A stretch of 63,456 nt of DNA, the filler included, from Olpidium bornovanus S191 (lineage: Eukaryota; Fungi; Olpidiomycota): NCBI GenBank assembly GCA_017911155.1. It is 30 parts of 30 records of this genome, joined end to end, with 100 filler letters (N's around TTAATTAATTAA, not from the genome) between each part and the next. Parts side by side here need not be neighbours in the genome. Positions count along the whole stretch, not along the records: positions 34,104 to 35,484 come from JAEFCI010009071.1; positions 35,585 to 39,532 come from JAEFCI010001630.1; positions 39,633 to 40,739 come from JAEFCI010010254.1; positions 40,840 to 42,446 come from JAEFCI010003068.1; positions 42,547 to 44,949 come from JAEFCI010009188.1; positions 45,050 to 48,279 come from JAEFCI010011907.1; 24 more parts are not named here. One strand, given 5' to 3'. The notes under the pieces are model-generated. The model ran no database searches. It had not been told where the DNA came from and saw nothing but the letters and a program-made list of their open reading frames with translations. Shown here one piece after another: positions 34,004 to 45,400 of this stretch. Each line of letters starts with the position of its first letter. Within the stretch, counting starts at the first letter, position 1. The position numbers and the translations under genes are program-made.

Positions 34004-35899
34004 NNNNNNNNNNNNNNNNNNNNNNNNNNNNNNNNNNNNNNNNNNNNTTAATTAATTAANNNNNNNNNNNNNNNNNNNNNNNNNNNNNNNNNNNNNNNNN
34101 NNNCATGAGGAGAACAGCGAACGGGTGTCCTGAATGTGTGGGCCACAACCTCCAGAGATTGAGGTGGGGCGCAAAGCAAACCGCGAAACGCATTGCAAGT
34201 TAAACGGCAGTCTGCGCGTTAAACTGCGTTAATATCGCGCGTTTCTGGTGAGGCTGTAGGCCGATGCCGCGCGCACTGTGCACGGCTTGAGGTCGACGAC
34301 GGGGAGAGGGTCTCTGCCACAGGAGCAACTGAAGCAAAATGTCGATTGGCGCATTCCTGAGCGCGCTGTCAAGATCGAAACACCTTGGTGGAGCCCTCTC
34401 ATTGTCGGGGAGAGTAGGGCAAAGGACGATCGATGGGACGGAGGATAGGATGGCAGGCTGCGGAACCGTACCCGCCGGGGGCTTGCGCGTAACAGGGAGG
34501 GTGCGAAGGAGGGCAAGACAAGGGGAGACGGAACGCTTCTCCTTCGACGGACGCGAAAGAACCAGTGCGCGGACGGACGCTCTTACTTTTGGCCCGACGG
34601 CACAAAGAATGCTCGAAACTCAACTCCCTCGACCTCGACTCTGGGCTGCCCGACGGCAGTTCTCGACTCCGACCCCTCTTCTCCGATTGCCCGACGGCAA
34701 CTTCGACTTCGCTCTTTTTTTCGACGTTGGGGGAATTTTTTGCGTAGCGGTAGAAGTGTGGGCGAAGAAAAGAATGAAAAAAAGGGGGGGGAGTAAAATC
34801 AAAACAAAAGGATCGAAAGGGAAAAGCAATCGATTTAAGCTAGTCGACCCCTTATGAGAGGGGAAATTGATGGACTCTATGCAATAGCAAGGTGTCGATC
34901 CGGCGGGCCTTTGGCGCCAACAGCGCTCCGCTCTCCTATTCCTTGCTTACGGTTAAGGCTGCTCCGGCGCCCTGCGCTGCGACATCTTGGTCGTCGGCGG
35001 GGCCGTGTTCGCGTGATGTGAAAAGTACATAATGCCGCGGATGATGGGTGTCCTACACAGGTACAACGGTTGCAAATCGACGAGGTGTCCCTGCACGATG
35101 TATGTGCCCGTTCGGAACACAACGGAACCCCGGCATGAGTTCCAAAGCGCTGCCTATGTACCTACTGCCGCAGAGGCAGGGGATCAGGAACGTCGTAGTT
35201 CAAGGATGCGAAAAGCGGTGTAAGCTAACCGTCGGTAGTGCGGGGTCGTTTGGGATCCTTTTTCGTCGCTTTTTTCTGGGTCACCCTTCGTCTGTGGCGG
35301 GCTGTGGAGCCTCTTCAGCCGGCAACTGATGGTACGCGAGGGGACGATCCGCAGGTGGGAACTGGGCCCAGTACCGCTGGAGCGCAGGGAGTATCCGACT
35401 GGTTGACAGGCGCGGTCAAAAGCGCGGTCATCAATGTAGCAGTCGTGCCTGGGGTCGTCAAATGGTGGAGCCCACCTCGCCATGNNNNNNNNNNNNNNNN
35501 NNNNNNNNNNNNNNNNNNNNNNNNNNNNTTAATTAATTAANNNNNNNNNNNNNNNNNNNNNNNNNNNNNNNNNNNNNNNNNNNNCATGCCTCCAGATCGC
35601 TTCAATCGTGACATCATCCACCAGAGCAACAATGCGACTGCCCCAGGATGGGAAAGCATAGGACGGAAGGAGATAACTTGTTTGTTTGCCCGTATGAGAA
35701 AAGCGGGGCAGCTCATACTAACAAGCCGCCGATGCCGAAATGCTGCATTCTCTAAAGCTTCGAGCCAACACTACAGTGTACCTCACCAAATACAGCGACT
35801 TCGACACAGGCCGGGCCAAAATGAAAAAAATTTACGCATGTCCCTTTCCCGAACGTAGTTCGGAAGTGTGAAAAACACTCAAAGCAACTACGATGATCT

Positions 35900-37556
35900 T
35901 CACAACCACCACATCCGTCTCAGGAAACAACCAAAAATGCGAATCACAATTTCTTCCGTTCCTCCAGATACTGCCTCTTCGAAGCCTTCCTGGGCCCACT
36001 GCTAAATACCCGTCCGAACGACGGGAGCCACTCCTCCGACACGGGAGCACCTGCAGCCGGATTGAGGTTAAAATACCTTCGCGTCAGCCTCTCCGGACAA
36101 TTCATCAAACCTAAACGAGCACAGCCTCGTTTCTACTAACGACCGGCGCCCAGCTATACTCACGTCTGTCCAAGTCTGCACCAAGACGTTTGGGGTTCAG
36201 CTTCTTCTTCTTCGCTGCGCGCTGGGCGTCCAGGAAAGCTTGAGCGCTGGGTCCGATCTCCTCTCCGCTCGCGAGAAAAGATGCAGCAGAATCAGATATC
36301 AGCCACGGTGGAGCTGCTCAGTGGTCGAACGAGAGAGCAAAGCGGCGACGGTTCAGAACTAGGCGTGTATACATTCGTCTGCACTGAGGGAAACGTCTCA
36401 ACTGACTCATGTCCGGATCTCGCGCGGCATGCGATATCCGAGTGAGCCCTGCATCGGAACAAAATTGGTCGATCTGGTTAAGTCAGGACACGCAGTTTGT
36501 CACTTCCGCGTTGCGAGGAGAGTTTTGCTCACCGAAGGGACATGACGAGCGTGGCCCTGCCGTGTTCGTTCTCCAATCGGGCGGCGCCGGCGCCGGCGCC
36601 ACAGCCGCAGCCGCGGCAGTTGTGCGTACCCCCGGCGGCGACAACCGCGCGTGGGTGGATAGCGCATTCTGAGATGTACAAGGTAGCAAAGCGCCTTCGA
36701 GCGGAGCGGCAAAAGTTTGCGCTTGCAACACCGACAAAGGGATTTCCTGGCCGGTTCTGGAAACGGTAGCAAACCCGCAGTGCGTATGCGCAGGGCATTC
36801 AAACGCACGGTGACAGTAGTCCGACGGCACCCCTGACTGTTTATCGGTCGGCAACCAGGCTTCCCGAGCCATTCGGTTCCGCTCCTTCCGCCGTTTCGCA
36901 GCGGCTTCCCGTTTCTCTATCTGCGCGGTCAGTTCTTGGAGCCGGCGTCTATACTGGCGGCCGACGAAAAGGATTTCAGATCCAGAGTCGCTTTTGCCCG
37001 AACGCCGCCGGATCAACCCGGGGATCTACCTCCTCGCAACAAGACCCTCGCCTCTGCAGACCATTTCGATCACAGCCGTCTCGATTTTGAAAACCGCCGC
37101 AGCCGCCCTGTCCGCGTTATTCGCGCGGAACCACGCGTCTACTTTCGCGGCATGCTTCTTGGTGGCCAAGTGCTCCAAGACGTGCATTCTGCAACAAGGG
37201 GCGTCGGTCAGAACCGGAGCGAAACCGGCGGTTCCGTCCCCGCCAGGTTTCTCGGAATTTCTCCGGCAAGCGCCGCGCTTAAAGGATAAGAAAACCGGCT
37301 TCGCTTACGAAGCAAACTGTTTATCAGCGGCGACGTCCGGACGCATGTCGGCGCAGCAGAAAAAGCACCAGGCGGCTCGCTGCCTGCCTACGGGGACGGA
37401 TTCCGGGTTGTCGAGGTGCGTGCGGTACGCGGCAAACTTCTCCCTCTGCTTGTTGAGCAGGGTCTCGACGGCGGCCTTGTGGCCGACCGCATAGCGGTGG
37501 CGCTTCCCCTGGTCGTGGTTGCGGTTGCAGACCTGGCAATACGAGAAATCCGGCAT
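35900..37556 (-). CDS. CENATAC: CENATAC/CCDC84 (TITAN-LIKE in plants) orthologue, minor spliceosome-associated zinc-finger protein
   Basis: N-terminal YCQVCNRNHDQGKRH..H, WCFFC and VLEHLATKKH. C-terminal TPPWL, EIGPSAQAFL, KKKLNPKRLGADLDR and EWLPSFGRVF. Removing intron 36051-36163 gives GADLDRRAPVSEEWLPSF, with the same spacing as the remembered human GANFDHSSRTSAGWLPSF. Confidence 0.88.
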
Positions 37557-37980
37557 TGTCGCACCGTGCTACTTGCTCTTCCCGAGCGGATTGCCAGTGG
37601 GAGAGAGGGCGGGAGAGGAGGGGGGGGAAAGGAAAAAAAAAAAAAAAAATAACAAGGGTTCCTTCTAGGAACAGGTTGTCGGAAAGGGGAGGCCGCGTCG
37701 GTGCACTGCGCGCCCACCAGCAAGCAGTCCACCCCGCAAACTAGGATAGACGGCGGAAAATGAAACGGCTCCCCGAGAGCTCATCCAACCCCGAAAACCA
37801 ACAGGGTTGTGAGCCCAAACCGCCGGCTCCCTGTCATTGTACTACGTAGGAACAGAACGGCTGGACCAGCTTGCAAGGCTATCAAGCCACCCGTTTGGTT
37901 CTTGTTTTCCTCACCGAAGCTCTCAAACCACAACAAACCGGCCAGCCTTTTCTCTCGCGGGCCATCGCGTCGTCCCCAAT

Positions 37981-38650
37981 GGCAACGACACCGCCGACCC
38001 CCGGGTCAACGGCCGGGCAGCCACTGGCAGATGGCGGTATAGCCGCCTTGGCCGCCGAACTTGCCGCCCTCAAGGCGCAACCTCGCGGCCAAGCATCTTT
38101 CTCAGGCGCTACCCCTCGGCCCGGCGGCCGGCGCCCCGGGTGCACCGCAGCCAACCGTTACGCTCACCGCTGAACAGTTCCAGAACCTCCTGAAGGGCGC
38201 AGTGCAGCGCGCTGAGGAAAACGACCAGATGGAGGCCGACAACGACGAGTTTGGCATCGTCGCCGCGAGCTGGCGGAAATTAAGTCGCTGAGTGAAGGTC
38301 GAAAGCGAAGAGGAGGCCTACGGCAACTTTGGCGGCAAAGTAGCACCGCCTGTTGCCGTTGCGGAGGTGTTCGCCGACGGCGTCCTCAACGTCGTGCTGG
38401 ACGAGGACGCGCTCGCCCGCATCAAGAAGCACGCCCCGAACTACCGCGGCATTTCCCGGTGTCTTAACCTCACGCTTCCCGAGACCCTCTACCAGAAGTT
38501 GCCGGAGGCAGCACGTAAGGAGACGGGTCAGCTTGGGCAGTTAGGACCGGTAGTTTTCTGGGACGCGCGGGTGGGAGCGGGACACAAACGACCGCCTGGA
38601 TCGTTCTTGAAAGAAGAAGAAGGCCGAAGGGATCCTCGTCGGCATTCAGC
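37981..38650 (+). pseudogene. Decayed TE-like ORF, possibly the gag of a tyrosine-recombinase (DIRS/Ngaro-like) or other element
   Basis: Protein-like text LTAEQFQNLL...WRKLSR*VKVE...IKKHAPNYRGISRCLNLTLPETLYQKLPEAARKE has a frameshift and a TGA at 38289-38291. It is intronless and ends at a putative LTR. Confidence 0.3.
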
Positions 38651-38651
38651 A

Positions 38652-39440
38652 TGTTTGTAGTAGGGACACCGTAGTATAGTATGGGTGAGTGGGATACCCC
38701 CCGAAGGCAAAGAAATACCAAAACAACGAGTTCAAAGACCAAAACCGGGAACGGGGAGGACGGATGGAGAGAGCGGTTCCTTCGGTCACAGGTTATGAGC
38801 CCAAGCGGACCAGTCATCGACCGTTGAACCTGATACGTCTGACGATGCCCCTTCGTGCGCCCCTCCTATTCCCGTCGTTTGTTGTCGGTGTTCCCGCTGA
38901 CGCGTTGTCCCTGTTCCGACGTCGCGCCACTCACTGCAACGTTGCTCTCGTCGCCCCCGGACGCCTCCGTTTCACTCCCTGACGCCTCCGCGCCTTCTTT
39001 CTTCTACCTCATCCTTTTTCACGGCGTGCCGCTCTCCGCTCACGCCTCCTTTCGTCAAGTGGCGTGCGGACCACCACTCCTTCCATGGCAACTACGCGCT
39101 TAAAAAAAGCCGCTTCCTCCAGCTGAGCCTGGCGAGTCGACACACGTATACTTTCAATGCCTGGAGGCTCTCGCCGCGCGTAAGGGTGTCCGGTTTGATC
39201 TCTCCAAGTCATGGCACGCGGAAGAAGAAAGGAAAGGGGACGTTTCCGCCGTTACGTTGTCCGACGATAAGCAGCTCCTGGGGAACAACGGCAGTACTGC
39301 AGCCGCCGACCCCGACTTTAACCTCGGTGCTGCATGGTACCCCCAGGGCTCTGCCCATAATAACACCGGTGTCGAGAGGGACGCTCAAGTCGCCAAGTAC
39401 GCTGTAGTGAGAAAAATTGAAGAAAACTGGGGCTGACAGT
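38652..39440 (+). mobile_element. Ty1/copia-type 5' end: short LTR (about 38652-38790), half-tRNA PBS 38791-38802, decayed gag-like ORF
   Basis: ...GGTCACA is followed directly by GGTTATGAGCCC, the same PBS as at 9046-9057. The TG start at TGTTTGTAG is tentative. Downstream frame YFQCLEALAARKGVRFDL... is protein-like. Confidence 0.6.
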
Positions 39441-40229
39441 GAGCGGTGGGTGTGAAGTTGAAATTCCAAAAGTGCAAGGCAAAAAACCGTATCTCAATTA
39501 TAGGATTCCGCCCCACGATAGCCGTTGCCATGNNNNNNNNNNNNNNNNNNNNNNNNNNNNNNNNNNNNNNNNNNNNTTAATTAATTAANNNNNNNNNNNN
39601 NNNNNNNNNNNNNNNNNNNNNNNNNNNNNNNNCATGATTCGGCGAATTGTAATTGATACAATTATGACAAACGACGGGCGGCGGCGCGGGATGCCGAAAC
39701 GGAAAGGCTCAGAACTTTTTTTTTTTTGTTTCTTTCCGGATGTGTTCGCGGTCTGGATTTAGGGGCGGGAGTGCAGGGCGGCGGCGCGCTTTCGGCGCTC
39801 CCGTCGCAGGGGAGAAGGGTCGCCCCCAGGCACCCCGGTGGACACGGGGCGGAGGAGCACAGCGCGCAGGCTCTCTTTGCCGAGAAGTGGGTTGTAAAAA
39901 ACTCGCTGTTTGTAAGTATTTAATTCGACGATTCAAAAACAAAAAAAAAGAAAAGCCGCCACCCAAATGCCACGCTTTCGGGGGGAGAATAAAAGAAGAG
40001 GAAGGGCCGGAACGGGCCCCGCCTCCCGGTTTTTTCCCCCCAACCCCCTTCAGGGGAGCGAACGCGGTTTTCTCCGAAAAGATCGCGCGCGCCTGTACCC
40101 GAAAGGCACCCTGAGTTTTAACCGGATTTTGTGGTGGTTTGGTACGCTTTGGATCAGGTTTAGTATGTGTATCGCTGGTTTTGCCTTTGCGACGGGTGCT
40201 GCCTCTTTTCTCTGTGTTGTTTGCCTCAG

Positions 40230-40738
40230 GTCGACGATCCTTGGGCCATGGAACGTGCTGCGCGATGCGCATTGTGGTATTCATTGCGTTACAAAGAGTG
40301 TGTGCCTGTGAAAGAAAGAGCAAATTCTCACGGAAAACAGTGGGTAAGCCTTTGATACGCAGTCAATATATTCTCATCAATCTCATCTGTATCAGGAAGC
40401 ATGGTTTATTTGGAATACATAATATTAGTTATAACGAACCTAGGTTCGATATAATGCAAACCTAATCGTATTGGTTCAACTTTTATTAATAATATATTAT
40501 AGTATTTATAAGTAGCCTAACAGGTTATGTATCCTGCTCATACTAATAGTCTAAACTAAAGTGTAGTAGGTTAATGATTTAATGGTTTGATTCCAATTAA
40601 TATTTATTGTGCTGTTCGCCTCAGGTCGGCGATCCTTGGGCCATGGAACGTGCTGCGCGATGCGCATTGAGGTATTCATTTCGTTACAAAGAGTATGTGC
40701 CTGTGGAAGAAAAAGCAAATTCTCACGGAAAACAGTGG
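40230..40738 (+). CDS. Two tandem copies of a 114-nt phase-0 exon of an unidentified gene (40230-40343 and 40625-40738)
   Basis: Both copies follow CCTCAG; the first ends at GTAAGC. They encode VDDPWAMERAARCALWYSLRYKECVPVKERANSHGKQW and VGDPWAMERAARCALRYSFRYKEYVPVEEKANSHGKQW. Confidence 0.6.
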
Positions 40739-40853
40739 GNNNNNNNNNNNNNNNNNNNNNNNNNNNNNNNNNNNNNNNNNNNNTTAATTAATTAANNNNN
40801 NNNNNNNNNNNNNNNNNNNNNNNNNNNNNNNNNNNNNNNCCCCCCAAAACCCG

Positions 40854-40890
<37 letters not shown>

Positions 40891-41025
40891 CCGCCGCCCG
40901 TCTTGCCGGACAGGGCGTCTCCCCCCGCCTGGTCCGCCGCTGGTGACCGCGGCGCCCAGGCGCCATCCCGTGAGCAGCACGTGTGCGCGCCTTCATCAGT
41001 GGGGAGCCGGACCGCGAACGGCAGC

Positions 41026-42446
41026 ATGCCCCGTTACGGCGGCCGTCCGGAAGATCCGCCACCTTATCTGTCTCAGGGCGGCGGCGCCGTTGGCGGCGCG
41101 GGGTTCGCACGGCAGCCGCCGCCAAGCGATTACGATTTCCGCTACGGCCGGCCGCTCGCTCCGTACTCCGGAGGCGGCGGCGTCGTTATCGGAACGGAGG
41201 GCCCGGCACCCCGGCGCGGGCAGGGGCAGGAAAGGGTGTTCTTTCCGTCGTCCGCTTCTCCGCTCGCGTATGCGCCCTCCGCCCCGTTGTTCGTCTCCGC
41301 GGGCCCGGGCCGCCACGCGGCCCCGCCGGTCGCCAACGTGTACGCGAGCGGCGCGTCGAACCCGCCGTACTACGGCGGCGACGCAGGCGGCTCAGCGCAG
41401 ACCCGGGGAAGCTCCCGTTTCAGTTCCGCGACGACAGTCAGCACGCTGGACCCGTACTTCGAGGAGTACCAGAGGGAGTACTACCGGCTCGCGAAGGAGA
41501 GGAAGGTCACCAACACCGTTCCCGTGGCCAACAACTACAAGCCCGCGGCACCCGCCCGGCCCGCGGCTGCCAGAACCCAGGCCGCAGGCGGCGCGCAGCC
41601 GCTTGCGCGTTCGGGAACCATGTGGGTCAATGCGCCGCCAAACGCGTTCGCCGGTGGCGCACCAAGCGACCGAGACGCGGTCCGCTTTGCGGTAAGCCTT
41701 CCGGTTCGGCGCGTTCGGAACTGTCTTTCATTGTTGACGTCACTGCGGCGCTGAGGTGAGGCATCCCACGGAAGCTAACGCACCAGCGTTGGCGCGCAAC
41801 GTCATATTTCGGCGGACGAACGGGTATACTCAGAACGAGCATGACTCCCAATCAATCGGCAACTCTTTCCAGGATACGACGCGCGAAAGCATGTCCCCAT
41901 TGGTACGCAATTCAATGACGTTGTTCGTTGGCGGCGCTGTTCTATACTGTCCATCAAGAAATTTATCTTTCCGTTTCCGATGACCTTGGCGGTTTACGGC
42001 GTTCGCAGTCTCTCGGCCAACAGGAGGGCTCGGAAAGGCCTGCACAAACAAAGCCTACCTGTTCAAAGCTCACGATGCCCAGCCCTTCCCAGCTAAGGCG
42101 GGCTTCGAAGGGCGGCTCGGCCCCGTACCAACGGCTGGACAACCCGGATGCAGGTGCAGACGACGCCGGTGACCTGAAGTCGGAGGCGGCGTCCTTGAGA
42201 CGGCGGTCATACTGCAACCGGTCCTGTTGCTGCCCGTGCTGCTCTTGCTGCAGCAATGCCGTAGGATGCGGTCTTTGCTGGCTCGTGCTTGTCCTCATCA
42301 TTGGCGGCGCTGCCGTCACCTTGTACATGCTCTTTCCTGGACTCCCGTCAGTGACGGTGGCAGGCGTGGACCTTGCCGGCGACATTTTTTTTGGAAAATC
42401 CGTGACCCCGTTCAGTCTGGTGTCCGGAGGCGGCGGGCTCGTCAAA
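41026..42446 (+). CDS. Single-pass membrane protein with a Pro/Gly/Tyr-rich N-terminus and a Cys-rich juxtamembrane tract; possibly LEA_2-like; 3'-truncated
   Basis: Long exon to GTAAGC (about 41692), then RRSYCNRSCCCPCCSCCSNAVGCGLCWLVLVLIIGGAAVTLYMLFPGLPSVTV (TM helix followed by FP..P.V). Confidence 0.55.
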
Positions 42447-44001
42447 NNNNNNNNNNNNNNNNNNNNNNNNNNNNNNNNNNNNNNNNNNNNTTAATTAATT
42501 AANNNNNNNNNNNNNNNNNNNNNNNNNNNNNNNNNNNNNNNNNNNNCATGGTCACCTGCCGCTTTTCCCTCTCGTCCCTGCCAACCATCCCCGCCCCTCT
42601 TGCCGCGCAAGAGGAGGGCCAACCTGCGCGAACGGTTAGAGGATGCAGGACCAAATGCAGTAAAAAAAAGGGGGCAGACGGGCGAGCCGACGCACCCCGC
42701 CCGCGGGGGCCCCTCTACGCAAAGAACGGGGCCGCGTCACCGGGATGACGGAGAAACGCGGGGGGGAGGACGGGGAGGGAAGCCGCTTCTCCTCGCTCGC
42801 GCGCCCCGGTCCGCGCTTCTTCTCGGCTCGCAGAAGCGCGTCGTCGTCGTTGCAGAAGCGGCGGCGCCTGCTGAACGTGGGGACCGTCTTCGTAAACTCG
42901 GGCTCGCGCCCACCACCCGGGGGCCGGGAAAACTCGCTCTTTGCCCGGCGCCGATGTTCGTCGGCCGTACCGCTTCGTCGCTCTTGATGCAACGTCCGCG
43001 TCTTTCTCCTTCCCCCCCCCCCGTTCACCCGCGTGAACAAATATCCTTTTCTCTCAAACTCTCCGGCGTCGCGTCCCCGCCCCCCGCCGCTCGTCGCCTG
43101 CAAAACGCAAAAAAAAAAAAAAAAAACAAATCAAAAAAAAAAACAGAGCCTCTCTCCCCTTCCCGTCGACCGCGGTCGCTGCCAATAAACCGCGGCACGC
43201 GCGCAAACTGACAAACGGTGACATTCCTGCCGGCAACATCCTGCATGCCGGCAACCGTAACTCTTGCCAGCCGAATCCTGCCGTGCCGTCGGAGGAAACA
43301 TAACAACCGCTGAAGACGGGATTGGTGTTGACCGTGTGGTGGCCCCCCTCCCCACCCCCCCTCATTCCTCAGCATTCATGGCCGCAATCTACAACGCGTA
43401 CACGTTGACAGAGCACTTCATCCGACCGTGCCGCAACGTGCTTTAAAACGCCGACGTTCGCCGGAACCTCTCGCGGCAGGGAGTTCAGACCGCCCTACGC
43501 AAATAACGCGCCGATTGCCGGCAAAAGCGAATTCACGCTTACCAACCTCTCTTTGACGGAGTCTGCGCCATGCGGATCTGGACAAAAAAAAAACCACGTT
43601 CTGCGTCCCCAAGTCAGTGCCGTCGCAAACCAGGTGCGCGGCAGCTGCTGCATCCCCGTTGATGCCGGGTTACGCGGGAACCGGCCTGACTCCCAAAAAG
43701 CGCCGCCGAAGCGCCCTCACGTCGCGCCATGTGAGCGCGCTGGGAAAATCCCATCCCCCCGCCGCCCGGGTCGTACCTCCCCACCCACTCCCGCCCTAGG
43801 GCAGAATCCCATCAACGCCGTCCTGGTTACTGGGGCATTTAATAAAGCTGCCTCCGGGGTGGGGGGGGGAGGAAGGCGCGTGATGCACAGTGAAACCTTC
43901 GCCAGCACCACCGCAGTGCGAGTCGCCGGTGAGCTGAACGTCTTTTTGCTCCAGCAATCTATTTCGCCAACCGCCCGCGGTCACAAAAAAAAACAAAAGT
44001 G

Positions 44002-44949
44002 CTACGTGCCGCCGTCCCGTCTCCTTCTCCCTCCGTCGGATCCCCGCGCCGCGATTCCGGGGCCTTCTTCGCCCTGGTCCTCCCCTTCCCGCTTCCTCTT
44101 CCGCACCGCCGACCTGAACTTTCTAAACTCCACGCCGTCGAGCTCGCCCGTTGTGACGTTCGCCGTCTGCTTTGCGGCCGGGTCGGGCCCGTGGAGCAGC
44201 CACGACTCCGTGTCAAGGGCCGAGGCCTTTTCCTGTTCTGGCGCCGACGGCGTGCCGGTCTGCGCGTGCGCCTTTGCCTCCAGCCAATTGACCAGGAACT
44301 CGCGGGCGTGCCGCGCCCGCGCCGCAGCGGAGGGCAATGGCGCAGTTTTTATCCGCCGCGAGCGATATAGGACTTCGCCGCCGGACACGAAAAAAATCTT
44401 GTACCTGTTCATCGAGAACTTTATGCGCACGCCCTCGCGCAAAACGAGATTCTCGTGCGGATTCCCCGCGAACCGCCTCCGGTTCCTGAAGTCCGGGCTC
44501 AGAACTGTCAGTTCAAATGCCCCGCACGTGATAGTGCAAGAAGATCCGATGGAACCGCCACCCAAGCGGCTTGACCCACGGTTCTTTACCTTTCTAGATA
44601 CGGTCTACGCAGCTTCCGGAGGTTGACGCCCTCTGTTGGTGTCAGCAGTACATAGGAATCGCAGTAATACTCCCATCTTTCTTTGGCATCGGACGAGGTA
44701 GTGCTCAGGTCGTCGCCGTCCAAAAGTTGAATACCGAGCGTGCAGGTATTTCGGGCCTGCAAACCCACGCGGGGGGGTGTTACACAGCTTCGCGCCGCTA
44801 AACAAAACCCCGCGGTTCGCCGCCGTCGCATGAACCCACATATTCAATCTTGAACAAATTCTCTGGGTCCGCTACCGCTTCGGCCTTGTTCCGGTACGCG
44901 AGGTCGTCGGCATCGCCTGTCTGACCAGCAGTCATCCGGTGCCGCTCGC
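44002..44949 (-). CDS. SIN3: Sin3 corepressor, C-terminal domain, 5'-truncated
   Basis: YRNKAEAVADPENLFKIEY, LGIQLLDGDD..ERWEYYCDSYV..TEGV..RPYL and IKFSMNRYKIFFVSGGEVLYR follow the Sin3a_C order. Confidence 0.8.
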
Positions 44950-45400
44950 NNNNNNNNNNNNNNNNNNNNNNNNNNNNNNNNNNNNNNNNNNNNTTAATTA
45001 ATTAANNNNNNNNNNNNNNNNNNNNNNNNNNNNNNNNNNNNNNNNNNNNGCAAACCCCTTGCTCTGCACCCGTTGCAATGCCGGTCGCAAATCAATAAGC
45101 CTTTACCAGGGGGATAACTGTAGTTACCACCAGAATATTATGTGTTTACAGCGTTGGCTAGTCAGACATGTAGTCTGATTTGTCTTCACACGGTATCAGC
45201 ATAAAGCATCTGCAAACGTCTCACCCTAAATCTGCCACACTGCTCAACACTAAAAGGCCTTAATCGTTTTTTCCTGCTCACCAGTGTAAAAAAACGAAAG
45301 TAAGGATTTTCCTCTTTTATCTTTTCCTTTTCCACTTTTTTCTTTTTTTTTTTTCTTCACTTCCTGCTTCCGCGCATCAGGCGCCCGGCAGCACGAAATC

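Noticed and set aside
43041-43050. ATATCCTTTT as a U12 AT-AC 5' splice site
   Set aside because: I could not find a plus-strand exon ending there or a matching branch site and AC acceptor. It is probably a chance match, but worth rechecking with RNA-seq given CENATAC.
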